Shown: positions 26,641 to 38,672 of the stretch, piece by piece | Layout of the letters: each line of letters starts with the position of its first letter | Position numbering within the stretch: position 1 is the stretch's first letter | From: Podarcis gaigeae | Taxonomy: Eukaryota | DNA: 64,000 nt | Strand: one strand, 5' to 3' | Assembly (NCBI GenBank): GCA_964106915.2 | Contig: OZ066916.1 | The notes under the pieces: model-generated | Seen by the model: the letters and a program-made list of their open reading frames with translations, nothing else | Databases searched by the model: none | What the model was told of the DNA's origin: nothing | Made by a program: the position numbers and the translations under genes

Positions 26641-27160
26641 AAACAAAATTAAAAAATTCCTTGCAGTAGCACCTTAGAGATCAACTGAGTTTGTTATTGG
26701 TATGAACTTTCGTGTGCACGCACCCTTCTTCAGATACACTGAAACAAAAGTCACCAGACCCTTATATATAGTGAGAGGGTGGGGAGGGGTATTACTCAGA
26801 AGGGTGATGGGAATGGGTGATTGACTGATAGGTGTGGTAAACCTGTTGACGACTGTTAACGACTGCAATTGGTCTTACAGGAAAAAGCAAGGGGTGAGAT
26901 GGCTAGCTTTATCATGTATAATGAGATAAGAATCCAGTGTCTCTATTCGGACCAGATCTCTCCATGGTTTTAAGTTTGGTAATAAGTTGCAATACAGCAG
27001 CTTCTCTTTCCAGTCTACTTCTGAAATTCTTTTGTAATAAGACAGCTACTTTGAGATCTTGTATAGAATGTCCTGGGAGATTGAAGTGTTCTCCTACTGG
27101 TTTCTCTGTCTTGTGATTCCTGAGGTCAGATTTATGTCCATTTATCCTTTGGCTTAGGGT
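26641..27160 (-). mobile_element. Penelope-like retroelement 3' fragment (GIY-YIG endonuclease C-terminus + pseudo-LTR)
   Basis: Translation RINGHKSDLRNHKTEKPVGEHFNLPGHSIQDLKVAVL...REAA..QLITKL resembles PLE GIY-YIG domains; downstream non-coding part matches 32869-33070. Confidence 0.88.
26700..26737 (-). ncRNA. Minimal type I hammerhead ribozyme motif (PLE-associated, slightly degenerate)
   Basis: Minus strand reads GUAU-CUGAAGA-A-GGGUGCGUGCACAC-GAAA-GUUC-AUAC: core boxes plus helix I GUAU/AUAC. Confidence 0.7.
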
Positions 27161-28150
27161 ATTCCAGACTGTATCATTCAAAATGCTAAACGTTGATTCT
27201 CATTCTACATAACAAGGGTGCTTGCAACATAAACTGGGTGTCTGGAGCATCAAACACTGAGATGGGAGCATGCTTTTTGTGGGCACACATGGAGGGAACA
27301 TATACCAGGAAGGCCCAACGAATGTACTTTCAGCACCTTTGCCACGTAAAGTGAAAACCAACTTGCAGTTGACAATATACGATTGATATACAGCAACCAG
27401 AGAGGAATTTGGGGCTTTGAATGCTCACATCTCCTTTTGAGCATTACCAAGCCCACAAAGATTGTTTCTGAGTTGAACTCTTGTAAATGCCATTGACACT
27501 TTCACAGATGAAGGAAAGAGACCACAGGTGCAATTCCCTTGACACCCAGGGCATTTGCTTCTATAAACAAGATCCCCAAACCTCTTTTGTTTAAATAGAT
27601 TGCCTCTCCCCAGATGACCCTGCTTTTTCAAATATAACACCCTTCTGTTACAGTCAGAAGTTAAAGCCCCAGGAGGACGCAGTGGGCAGGCGTTATATTT
27701 GAAAAGGCAAGGTTCATCCTGGGAGAGGCAATCTGCTTAAGCACAAGATGTTTTTTGGTCTCTGAATCTCTAGTGAAATCCTTGTTCCTTGTGAGCCATG
27801 TCAACAAAATGCTTTCAAGACACTAAGGGAAACACCATTTGACAGGTGATGGATACACAAATATATTTAGCAAGGAGATAGTGAATGATTTGGGGGAGTG
27901 GGCAGGAGGAGAGGCAAAGAACAGAGAGCAGCTGCCTGCTGGAAACTACAGACAGCTCTGAGAAGCTGCATACTTTTAAAACTGCAGGGTTTTTCTACCA
28001 TGTTGCAAGAACTGAAGACCCACTTGAAGTCAACCTGGAAAGGAGATTATCTAGATATAGCAGTTAACAACTCCCTGCAGGCCTCAGTGTGGAGTAGTGG
28101 CTAGCGTTTCAGACTAGGACCTGTGACATCCAGGTTGAAAATCTTATTTA

Positions 28151-29127
28151 GGGCCTTTCCACACTTTCCGTTTTTATAGCATAATGGTTGCTGGGTTTTT
28201 CAGATTTTTTGACACATTGCTGCATGACGTCAGCATGCATATTCCAGCTAGTATTCCAGAATAATGTACTTGGAAATCTGCTGCTTCTTATACCGTGAGG
28301 AATTCAACTTGGTGAAAGATCCAGAATGGATCCCCATTATTTTTAGTGGTGTGGCATGGGGGACAAGCATTGTCCTGTTCTTTGTGTGAAGGGTGGTGGG
28401 GGTCAAAGGCAATAGTTTGGAAGACGTTTGTTTCGTGCTGCTTCCCTTGGACCACTGCGAGCTGTCGGTTTGAGAGCTGAGTTCGGAGGAGAGTTGTGGC
28501 AGATAGAGATGATGGCACTGAGTCAACATCTGATCCATGACAACAATCATTAGCTGCAGACAAAATTTTGCCACAAAACCCGGGTTTGCCAGAAGTGTAC
28601 TTCCTCTTCCGATATCCTATACAGTGGTACCTCGGGTTACATACGCTTCAGGTTATAGACTTCGCTAACCCAGAAATAGTGCTTCAAGTTAAGAACTTTG
28701 CTTCAGGATGAGAACAGAAATTGTGCTTCAGTGGTGTGGCAGCAGCAGGAGGCCCCATTAGCTAAAGTGGTGCTTCAGGTTAAGAACAGTTTCAGGTTAA
28801 GAACGGACCTCCGGAACAAATTAAGTACTTAACCTGAGGTACTACTGTACTTCCACAAGGTCAATATTCTGGGGTACTAGGCATTAAAAATAAATTAAAA
28901 AGGGCTGGCCCCCTCTGCATGTTGATATTTAATGGCTAGAGGAACACTTTAGGAGTGTGAATGTAACCACTGAACTTTTCTCAGTTTGGGCAAAGCTCAC
29001 TATTACCGTGGAAAGGAAAACCCTGCGCTCACTCTCTTAACATTTGTATCAGCTACAAAGTCAAGTCTTTAAAATGTCAAATCAAACAGTGACTATTCCA
29101 CTATAAATGGTCAGTGTGACAAGCCCC
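28151..29127. mobile_element. PIF/Harbinger-like non-autonomous element
   Basis: Imperfect TIRs gggcctttccacact / agtgtgacaagccc; 3-bp flanks tta/tga. Confidence 0.5.
28622..28847. mobile_element. Tc1/mariner MITE, same family as 50937-51178
   Basis: TA|cagtggtacctcgggtta ... taacctgaggtactactg|TA. Confidence 0.88.
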
Positions 29128-29546
29128 TGAGTTGTGATGCTCATTGGGTAATCAATTATTGTCTTGCAGCCCAAGCTACCTGACAAAGCTGTTGTGATGA
29201 TAAAATGAGGGGGAATCGCGTAGCTTAAAAGTGAATGTGCAAAACATTTGTGCATGGGGCTAAACTCACGACTGCTTTGCTCATCTCCTGCTCCTACAGG
29301 GAGCTAACCCATGGTTTGTCTTAGGGTTCCCCCAGGCAAATGGCAAGTGGTAATCCAGGAGCAAACCATTGTTAGAGTGGGGGAGAAGCAAAGTGAACAC
29401 CATTTTTGCCAGTGTACCACCACACCTTTAAAGCATAGTTCTTAAGCGTAACTGTGACATGTAAACCAACCCACTGTGTTCTGCTAACTCTTGTTCGTCT
29501 CTCTTCTTTGCTGTGTGTAATCTTGGTGTTTGCTTCTTGCCCCCAG

Positions 29547-29786
29547 GATGCCCTCCACACAGATGGTCTTCCATCACCTGAAGCCAGCTTTACACTAAAC
29601 CCTGAGGACAGACGGGATTATCCTGACCACCATGTAGCTCACAAATCGTTCACCAAGCAGCGATTCAGGCAAGAGAATGGGCATACAGCTTTGCAAAGAG
29701 ATGGGCCCAGACCATTCCTTCTGGATCTCCCAAACTTTCCTGACCTCTCAAAAGCAGACATCAATGGACAAAACCCAAACATCCAG
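29547..29786 (+). CDS. ISM1: Isthmin-1 coding exon 2 (DALHTDG...[24 protein letters not shown])
   Basis: ttcttgcccccag acceptor, CAG|gtaaaa donor, 240 nt phase 0-0; contains the isthmin motif [22 protein letters not shown]. Confidence 0.95.
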
Positions 29787-31734
29787 GTAAAAAACTCTTC
29801 TTTCCTATTTAGGCTCTTACTTGAATCACGGAATAAACAGTGTCTAACAAAGGTACAATTTCATTCACGAAACCTACAAGCCACAAGGAAAACAAGAAAT
29901 GTAAGAAAGGAATTTTTCCTCCCCCAGGTTTCCATTTGCCATACAGCTAAGGTGATTGGTGAATGGATTGATTGATCTGTTCAAACAGATGGATTATTCT
30001 GTTCAAAAGGTATATTGTTGGTGTCAATATGATAAAACATATATCAACATAAAGCAAAATACCTACAGACCAGTTTCTTAGCAAACCCTGCAACAAAGGT
30101 CATGCATTGAAAGTTGAAGTAAATGTGGAGAAATGTGGCACAAGTTCTTTGGAACTTTATTCATCTGACTGAAGATGGTTTGCTGCAATTAAATAGTAAG
30201 CATGTGGTGCTGAAACACTCACATAGCTTCTTTGAAATAGTTTGGACCTGTTTTGGCTAGAATATTGTATAAGAGGACTGGTTCAAATGTTGAAATGAGC
30301 CCAGAAAACAAAACCTTATGGATAAACATTAGCTTGAATGGAAATAAACCACTGAACTGTGGAACAGGGACAAAACTCATAACTTGAAACAAACACTAGA
30401 CATCAAGCAAGTTCCTCCAAAATCATCAGCCAGAACATTTGCAATATTTTAGAGCAGAATTGTTTGCCTAAAAATGGCACATTGCTTTGTATATGTCACT
30501 GGTTTAATGTCAGAATCTGCTATCAGTTGCACCCAATGTTAGTTCTATCCATTGAGTGGACCCACTGAAATTAAATAAAAAACGAGTAACTTGCATATAT
30601 TAATTTCAGTGGGTATACTCTGAGGAGAACAATAACGAACATGGGATACAATCATATACAGAAGATTTTCAGTTAGACATGTATAACTTATTCTACCGTT
30701 CCCCCACATGTACACTTAAAAATAAACACTTCCTTGGGCTTTCTTACAATAAAGGTAGGTAAGTTGTTTTTTAAATGTTTGCAGTACAAGACAGCAGTCA
30801 GTCACTGACAATAGCCTTGCACAAAATTTCGAGGCTTGTTCTACCTAGTGCCAGTTGAAATGAATACAGTGCCTCTCTGTTTACTCATTATTTGGCTCAA
30901 TCTTTCCCAGAAATGAAATATTTTTATTCAGCCCCTTTTCCATTCATGCAATTGTTTCAGTATTAGCAAGACAAGGAGACATTTGAAAAGGGTAACCCAA
31001 GCAGCTGTTACTTTTGTGCTACGGATGCTTTTTTAAACTCCGTTGCCAAATCAGCAGCCAAATGCACCACTGCACTCAAGTAAACGAATTCGCAGGAAGT
31101 CCTTGAAAATGAGGTGCTTTTTTTAAAAAAGCCAGTAACATATTTCCTTGGGGATCAGAGATTTTCTTCGTTCTTGGTGAAAAGCTCTTTTGTTGATCGC
31201 CCATTGATTTGACACATGCCAGCTCATGCGGTCATGCCAGCAGTGCAAGGCTATTCAGGGTGCAACAGCTTCACTTTCTTTTCCTTCGAAACAAAGTGAA
31301 GTCATGTGTCGAGCCAATAATTTGGCTGCCAATTTTTTTTTCTGTGTGATGTTCTCCCCCCCCCCTTGGTTTCCCAGCCTATTTAAATGTGTACCAACTG
31401 TGAGGAGCTCCTGGGCTTGGATTCCGATACCTCGCTGCTTCTGTTTTTGTGAACTCTCCTCTTCCTCCACTTTTTAAGTCACGGTTTCTCACATTTCCAG
31501 AGCACGTTCATTCTATGCGGCATAAAGAAGAAAAAAGTGTCCTGTGGCACCTCTGTCCTGCTTTGAACCTTTGCTCTCTGCCTCTTCTCCTCTTTAAAAG
31601 GAAACCCAAACAAAAAAGTCAATATTGGTGATGCTAGGAGTACAAACCTCCCTAGGCCTAATCTACTTGTGAGTCTTCTTCCACTAACTGAGGACCAGTC
31701 TGACAGAAGACAGCAGACATCCTTTCTGTTTGTT

Positions 31735-31737
<3 letters not shown>

Positions 31738-31768
<31 letters not shown>
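31738..31768. repeat. (CA)n microsatellite
   Basis: Seen directly. Confidence 0.95.
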
Positions 31769-31773
<5 letters not shown>

Positions 31774-31991
31774 GATACCTCGGAAGTTGAACAGAATCCG
31801 TTCCAGAAACCAAGGCGCAGCTTCCAATTGGCTGCAGGAAGCTTCTGCAGCCAATTGGAAGCCATGGAAGTCACCTCGGACGTTCGGGTTCCAAAGAACG
31901 TTCGCAAACCGGAACACTCACTTCCAGGTTTGTGCCGTTCGGAAGCCAAAACATTTGACTCGCAAGGCCTTCGGGATCCAAGGTACGATTG
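31768..31991. mobile_element. Tc1/mariner MITE
   Basis: Degenerate TIRs agtgatacctcgga / tccaaggtacgattg|ta; internal palindrome cttccaattggctgcaggaagcttctgcagccaattggaag. Confidence 0.7.
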
Positions 31992-32168
31992 TATATGGAT
32001 TCCTTTCCCCCTCCCTTGAAAGTTCCAGATGGCACTTGCCTTTTGTCTTGACTTGACAAAATCTTTCCCTGGCATGTCAACATATTTTTCTTTCTTTCTT
32101 GGATTGGTGTTTGGGACATAGCTTTAGAGACCTGAATACTTATTTGCCTGCTGTCTCGAATTCTCCAG

Positions 32169-32442
32169 GTGACTATAGAAGTTGTTGATGGGCCAGACTC
32201 TGAACCAGAGAAGGATCTCCGAAAGGAAGGCAGCAAACCCAGCTGGCCTGTCCCATCACCAGACTGGAGGAACTGGTGGCAGAGATCAGCACCCACGGTC
32301 ACCCGCATGAGTAGCGGGGACCAGGATTACAAGTATGACAGCACAACCGAAGACAGCAACTTCCTGAACCCTGTCGGTGGCGGGTGGGAAAGTCACGCAC
32401 CTAGTCACCGGACATTTGACTCAAAGGCACAGCCAGAGTATG
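32169..32442 (+). CDS. ISM1: Isthmin-1 coding exon 3 ([12 protein letters not shown]...QPEY)
   Basis: ttctccag acceptor, TAT G|gtgagt donor, 274 nt phase 0-1; VTIEVVD and GDQDYKYDS motifs. Confidence 0.95.
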
Positions 32443-32868
32443 GTGAGTGAGCCTTCTGAATCCCTTGTTTGTAGCACCTCAGGTTGGTAGCAGTGCTCTG
32501 CAGGTGAGGAACCATCAGCAGTGGAAATATGAGGTGGGGCAGAGCCACAGGGGGCAGGAGTAGGTACTTTCAACACCAGCATTCCTGCTTCTTACCTGGA
32601 CTTGGTTGGGGGAGGGTGGCATGAGGTAGGGAACATGCAGGGGCACCGGTGGGACCAGTCTTGTGCATCTGCACAACTTTGCCACCACCTGGCGCTGCAC
32701 TAACAGGGAAGCAGGTGTTGGGAGGGCACCCACCACTACGGAGAGTGACTGGGCACCAAAGATAATAAGAGGGAAGGGAGGGTCAGGGGCACAGGTGAGA
32801 GAGAAAAGGAATTGTGTTTCAGTTATTTCAGATTAACTGATTCCCTGAGGTTTAGATAATATATACTA

Positions 32869-33070
32869 AACAAAAAAAATTCCTTCCAGTAGCACCTTAA
32901 AGACCAACTAAGTTAGTTCTTGGTCTGAGCTTTCGTGTGCATGCACACTTCTTCAGATACACGAAAGCTCATACCAAGAACTAACTTAGTTGGTCTTTAA
33001 GGTGCTACTGGAAGGAATTTTTTTTGTTTTGACTATGGCAGACCAACACGGCTACCTATCTGTAACTGGA
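32869..33070 (+). mobile_element. Short Penelope-like insertion: pseudo-LTR 3' end preceded by an inverted partial copy
   Basis: 13-bp TSD ataatatatacta at 32856-32868 and 33071-33083; inverted arms 32868-32938 / 32959-33029; homologous to 26641-26740. Confidence 0.88.
32923..32960 (-). ncRNA. Minimal type I hammerhead ribozyme motif (PLE-associated)
   Basis: Minus strand reads GUAU-CUGAAGA-A-GUGUGC-AU-GCACAC-GAAA-GCUC-AGAC: intact core, perfect 6-bp helix II, one mismatch in helix I. Confidence 0.75.
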
Positions 33071-33447
33071 ATAATATATACTATGCACTGATACCGATCT
33101 TCTCTGGCTATTGTGTAGCCAAAGCACACCCACTTACACAGGAGAGGGAAGTATCAGCCGGCTCGAGGGAACCCCAGAATTTGCAGAAGCACACATAAAC
33201 TTTGTGGGGAAGGGAGGGGGAAGCCAAATCAGCTCACTAAGGTCTGAGCATGTTCAGTGAGCATGGAATGGAAAACTGGGGAGGGAAGCAATAGGATAGA
33301 GTATCCCAAGAAAAGGCAATGCTGACTCGCATTGTGAACAGCAGCAAATGTTTTGTTGAAGACACCACCAGTCCTCAGATAGCAACATGTATTGTTTTCT
33401 TGCCATTTCTACTTTTATAATCAAACATTTACTTGTTTACCAGCTAG

Positions 33448-33627
<180 letters not shown>

Positions 33628-36296
33628 TAGGCTCCGCTTAATTGCTTTGACCTGAATGGCAAAACTGCTTGCAACCCTTCGCTGGTAAAAAGTATCATAT
33701 TAAAATAATAGGAGGAGATGCTTCCCCATATCTGAAATTATCAGCTTTGTTGTGCCTTTAAGGCAGAGCCAGATGCTTTTCCTTTCTAAAGGGCCTTCAG
33801 GAGCACTGCTCATGCTGTGTGCCTCAGATTTCAACAGAGCCTACAGAGATGTAGGCAAGAGAGACCTGCATTTCTTGCGAGATGCACTAGATGGGGTACT
33901 ATAGGAAATAAGAGTATCCTGCCTTATGAAGTTCTAATTGCATTCACCATTATTGTATTGCTTAAAAAGATAAGTGCTTAGAGAATAAGATGCTTTGGTG
34001 TTATTTGCAGTGACACCAGGTTTCAAAGTGTAGAGAAAGAGAGCAATCCGCAAAGTGAGATGATCAAGACAGCCATAGCAGTTCAAAGCCTAATGCCTTA
34101 GATGTGGTACCGTGGCTAAACTATGACTCTTGCACACACATCACTAGTGGAGTCAGGGAGGCCCTTCACTCAGATGTGAACATGCTGGTAACTATACATT
34201 AGCTTAGGCAATGGAGCCCTCCCCTGATATTTCTCATTCATCCCTCCATGACGGCCTGTATTTAGATGCAAAAGTTCAACTGGAAAACACATTGAGATCT
34301 TCAAGGAATTCTTACTTGTGGAGAGAGCATTAGCACTATTTTTTAAAAAAGCATATTCATTAATCATGCTACTATTATTATTTCATTGCTTTATTATTTC
34401 AAATAAAATGTCTCAGAGCAACATACAGATCCATAAAACTACAAACAGCATTAAAACTATCAGTTAAAAACCAGATGCAAAAAAAACCCCAAGATGCAAT
34501 AAACACAAATTCAAACAATGCTATGAAAAGAAGAAATCATTCCCCTGACCTAAATGGTGAGCACCACAAAAAAGGCCAAATTCATACCAGAGAATGTTCC
34601 AGATTAATATCCCAATGCGTGGGCAACACGGAGTGTCTCAACCTGGCGCCTGACAGCTGGCACTGACGGCGCCATGTTTGTTTCCTTGGAAGGAGCATGA
34701 CGACACGGTAGAAATTGCCCAAGGATTTGCCAAAGAGAATGAACCCTCACCCTCATTAGAACTCCACTGAGAATTTGGAAATGTCAAGGGCAAAAACTAA
34801 ACTGCTGTGAATTTTGCCTTCATGGTGGGTTTTTGGGTTTCTTGCTCAACAAACTTTCCATAACTTGTAGGGAGGGTACGTGTCTGGCACAGCGGCAAGG
34901 GAAAGCTCATCTGAACAAATAACTGCATCTTCAACTTACAAAGATAATTTGCTGATACTTCTCCAAAATCGTCATGTGTAATGCTGACCTGCCAATTTGA
35001 GGATGTGCGTTGCGGAATGCGCATAGTTTTAGGCTACATAGAAAGTGCCATCTTTGCTTTATTTAAGGAATTTTTTTCCACTTAATTGTCTTTTATGGGA
35101 TAGCAACCTTGATATTTTTGGTCCGCCCACCACCCCGCATCTCCCCTTTCTGTTGTCAACAAGGATAGAAGCATGAAAATGGCAACCCTAAGTCAACCAC
35201 CTTAGTGCAGTTTAAATTGACTAGCCCTAGACTTTGCATCTGTGTGATGCATGTTTGAGGGGAGGAAAGGCAAGGCTCGGTCTCAAAGGTGCTGCTAATA
35301 TCGGCTTGGCATAGAGGCTCCTAGCTCAACAGAGCAGCATCTTTCAGACAGAGGATTACCTTTGTTGTCCAAATACATTTTCCAAACAATGTAAACTTTG
35401 TTTACAAGTCGCTTCCACCTGACCCAGCTGGAGCTGAAGGAGGTGTGTGGAATCAGGTGGTTCTTTCTCTTCTCGTGTGGTTAGGTCATTTAAACATGGC
35501 CCCAGATAAGATGTTCCTGCATAGCTGAGAGAACATCTGCAGGCATTTGTTGTTGTTGTTGTTGGTCGTTCCTCTCATGTTGGGGTGGTTTCTTAAGGTC
35601 TGGATTTATTAATAGCCCAAATATTTGCACCACCATTTCTGTCAGTCACATTGTCTTCATCAGCCTGCAACACCAGTATGTAGCACATCCTGTTTTTTGT
35701 AAAAATAAAATAAAAATCTGCTTGCGTAGCAATCGAAAACTCCTCTGCTCAGCACTCGTTTGCTGGCACTGCAAGCAGAAAATAATGAAAAACTGTCTTG
35801 CGACTTAGGTTTCCAGTCGCTGGCAGTTATAAGCGATTGCTGTGATGTTCAGAGAAACATAACCATTCAGAAGGTACTTAATGGCACCAGTGAGTAGTAT
35901 CAGGTATTCATCTCAAGTCAATATTAAAATATTTGAGAGAGGGGATGGTGTCAGAGAAGGGTGGGAGGACATTTGCTTTGACCTTTGTATTAAAGTGCAA
36001 GACTGCTGAGGCTCAGAAGTAATTTTCATTCTCTTAGGTTCTTTCTCATTCTCTCTGCATCGAAAGCAAGAGCTTTAACCAATTTTAATATTGTATTTTT
36101 ATATTGCTGTTGTAACCTTCCCCTGGGACCTCATGGTGACAGATGGTTAAGAAATCCAATAAAGTAACAATGACGGCATGAGTGTTTATAGGAACATAAG
36201 AAATCAGTGGGGTACTAATGCAAGCCTAGTTTCTCTACTGCCATGTATTATGTGCTGTTACTGAAAAAATATATTTATATACCCTGCTTTCTTCAG

Positions 36297-36386
36297 GGAT
36301 TGAAGACACCTTCAGGACAGCAGCAACAGAAGTGAGTTTGCTCGCAGGAAGTGAAGAATTCAATGCCACAAAGCTCTTCGAAGTCG
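36297..36386 (+). CDS. ISM1: Isthmin-1 coding exon 5 ([30 protein letters not shown])
   Basis: ctttcttcag acceptor, GTC G|gtaagc donor, 90 nt phase 1-1; N-A-T sequon. Confidence 0.95.
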
Positions 36387-37199
36387 GTAAGCAGATAAGA
36401 GCAGGGGATTCTCTTCCTTCAGAGCTAGATGATGCAGGCAAGCTTCAATCTGTGTTACAGTCTCCCCCTAGGACACTTCTGAGAAGGTGCTGTGAGGGAG
36501 CACTCAAATATTTCCCATCTTTGTAATGTGTGGGTTTTGATTGAGCCAGTTACACGTTGTTCAGCAGCCATTCCCAATGGGCTTTCTAAAGGGAAAATGT
36601 TGGACTGCGTCCAGTGGTGCCACAGCCTTCTTGAATCATTTCAAGTTCATTATTCATGGACAAAAGGCAAAAACTTGAATACTACAGCTGCACGTAATAT
36701 GTTCGGGGTGACTGATTATGTTCAGGGTGACTCTGCAACCAACAGGTAGCACTCCAAAATCTGTCCATGCTGGTCAAGACATGGCTAATCCGGAGCATTG
36801 TTTATGGGATGCGAAAGCATTGCTTGGAGCAAGGCTGAGGATTTTCTTAAAACTTGCACAAAGATTTGACTCTGTTCTTTATTCCAGATGCAGACCCTCA
36901 CTTCATCATTCATGAGTGTTCTGCTAGTGTCATATCCTGATTTGCACAGATATCTTGCTGTCTCCCCACATATTACAAGTCTGGAATGTGAGCCACTTAT
37001 GGCTTCAGTTATAAAGGAGCTGTTTCAATATCATCCGTTAAGATTATAGTTCCAGTGTCTCTGTGCAGCTGCATTCAAGAGGCCCTCACAGAGGCAGGGG
37101 GGGTGCTCTGCCAAATTTTAACCCACATTTTATTTTTTAATCATAAGGGAACCTCATGAAAACTAGGTGCACTACAATGCACTCACTTCAGCTTTAGTG

Positions 37200-37400
37200 T
37201 AGCTAAAGAATGCACAGTATATTTTAAGAAGATTGATACTGATATATGGAAGGGCAAAAATACAGCCCCCTTTGGTCAATGGATAGATGATACAACAACT
37301 CTTGCAATATGTGAATGGATTGCTTTCAGACGAAGATTATACATGGAGAAATTTAAATGATATTTGGAACGTATTTATGAAAACCATAGTGACCCATGAG
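37200..37400 (+). mobile_element. Decayed L1-clade ORF2 C-terminal fragment
   Basis: Translates ILIWKGKNTAPFGQWIDDTTTLAICEWIAFRRRLYMEKFK, the WK..P..W pattern of L1 ORF2 ends. Confidence 0.5.
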
Positions 37401-37687
37401 TTAACATATGCTTGAGAGAAACAATAAGTTTAATCCATCAACATATATCCTATATAGTTTGGTAACATTAATTATATGTTATGGTTATTTTGTTATTGCT
37501 TTTTTCCTCTGCTTTTTTTAAAAAATATCATTTTTCTTTTTCCCTTTTCTGTTCTTTTCTTTTCATATTTACTTTTACTCACTATAATCATCTTACTAAT
37601 AATAATATCTTTTCTTCTGACAAGATGCACACTCCATAGGGAAAGGCTGACATATTGACATATCACATATTGACAGTGAAACTGGTA

Positions 37688-37940
37688 CAATTCAAAGTGT
37701 TGGTTCTGACCTTTAAAGCCCTAAATGGCCCAGACACTGAAGTCCTCCTCCGAAGGTCTTCTGCTTGTTCCTTCACTACGAGAAGTGAAGTTACAGGGAA
37801 CCAGGCAGAGGGCCTTCTCGGTAGTGGCACCCACCCTGTGGAACGCCCTCCCATCAGATGTCAAGGAAATAAACAACTATCTGACTTATAGAAGACATCT
37901 GAAGGCAGCCCTATTTAGGGAAGTTTTTAATGTTTGATGG
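37688..37940 (+). mobile_element. L2-type LINE 3' fragment
   Basis: QFKVLVLTFKALNG and RAFSVVAPTLWNALP...RRHLKAALF motifs; older relatives at about 56080-56390 and 57590-57810. Confidence 0.8.
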
Positions 37941-38033
37941 CCAGGGTAAAAATAATTAAAAACTGTTGTTGTTGCATGTTTTCCAGGGCCTTAAAATGTT
38001 TTTAAAATAATATTGGAATTGATTTTGTGATAG

Positions 38034-38672
<639 letters not shown>

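Larger units (their letters stand above)
28080..29215 (+). mobile_element. MIR-like SINE split by a later insertion (head ~28080-28150, body ~29128-29215)
   Basis: tRNA-like head gtgtggagtagtggctagcg...caggttgaaa; resumes after 29127 with ctacctgacaaagctgttgtgatgataaaatg. Confidence 0.5.

Noticed and set aside
28622-28847. Recurrent cttcaggtta units resembling a CRISPR-like array
   Set aside because: Internal subrepeats of a mariner MITE in eukaryotic DNA, with no regular spacers
29454-29975. ORF-track extensions of ISM1 exons (also 38064-38154 and 11757-11894)
   Set aside because: Read-through into introns beyond clear splice sites; homology stops at the junctions
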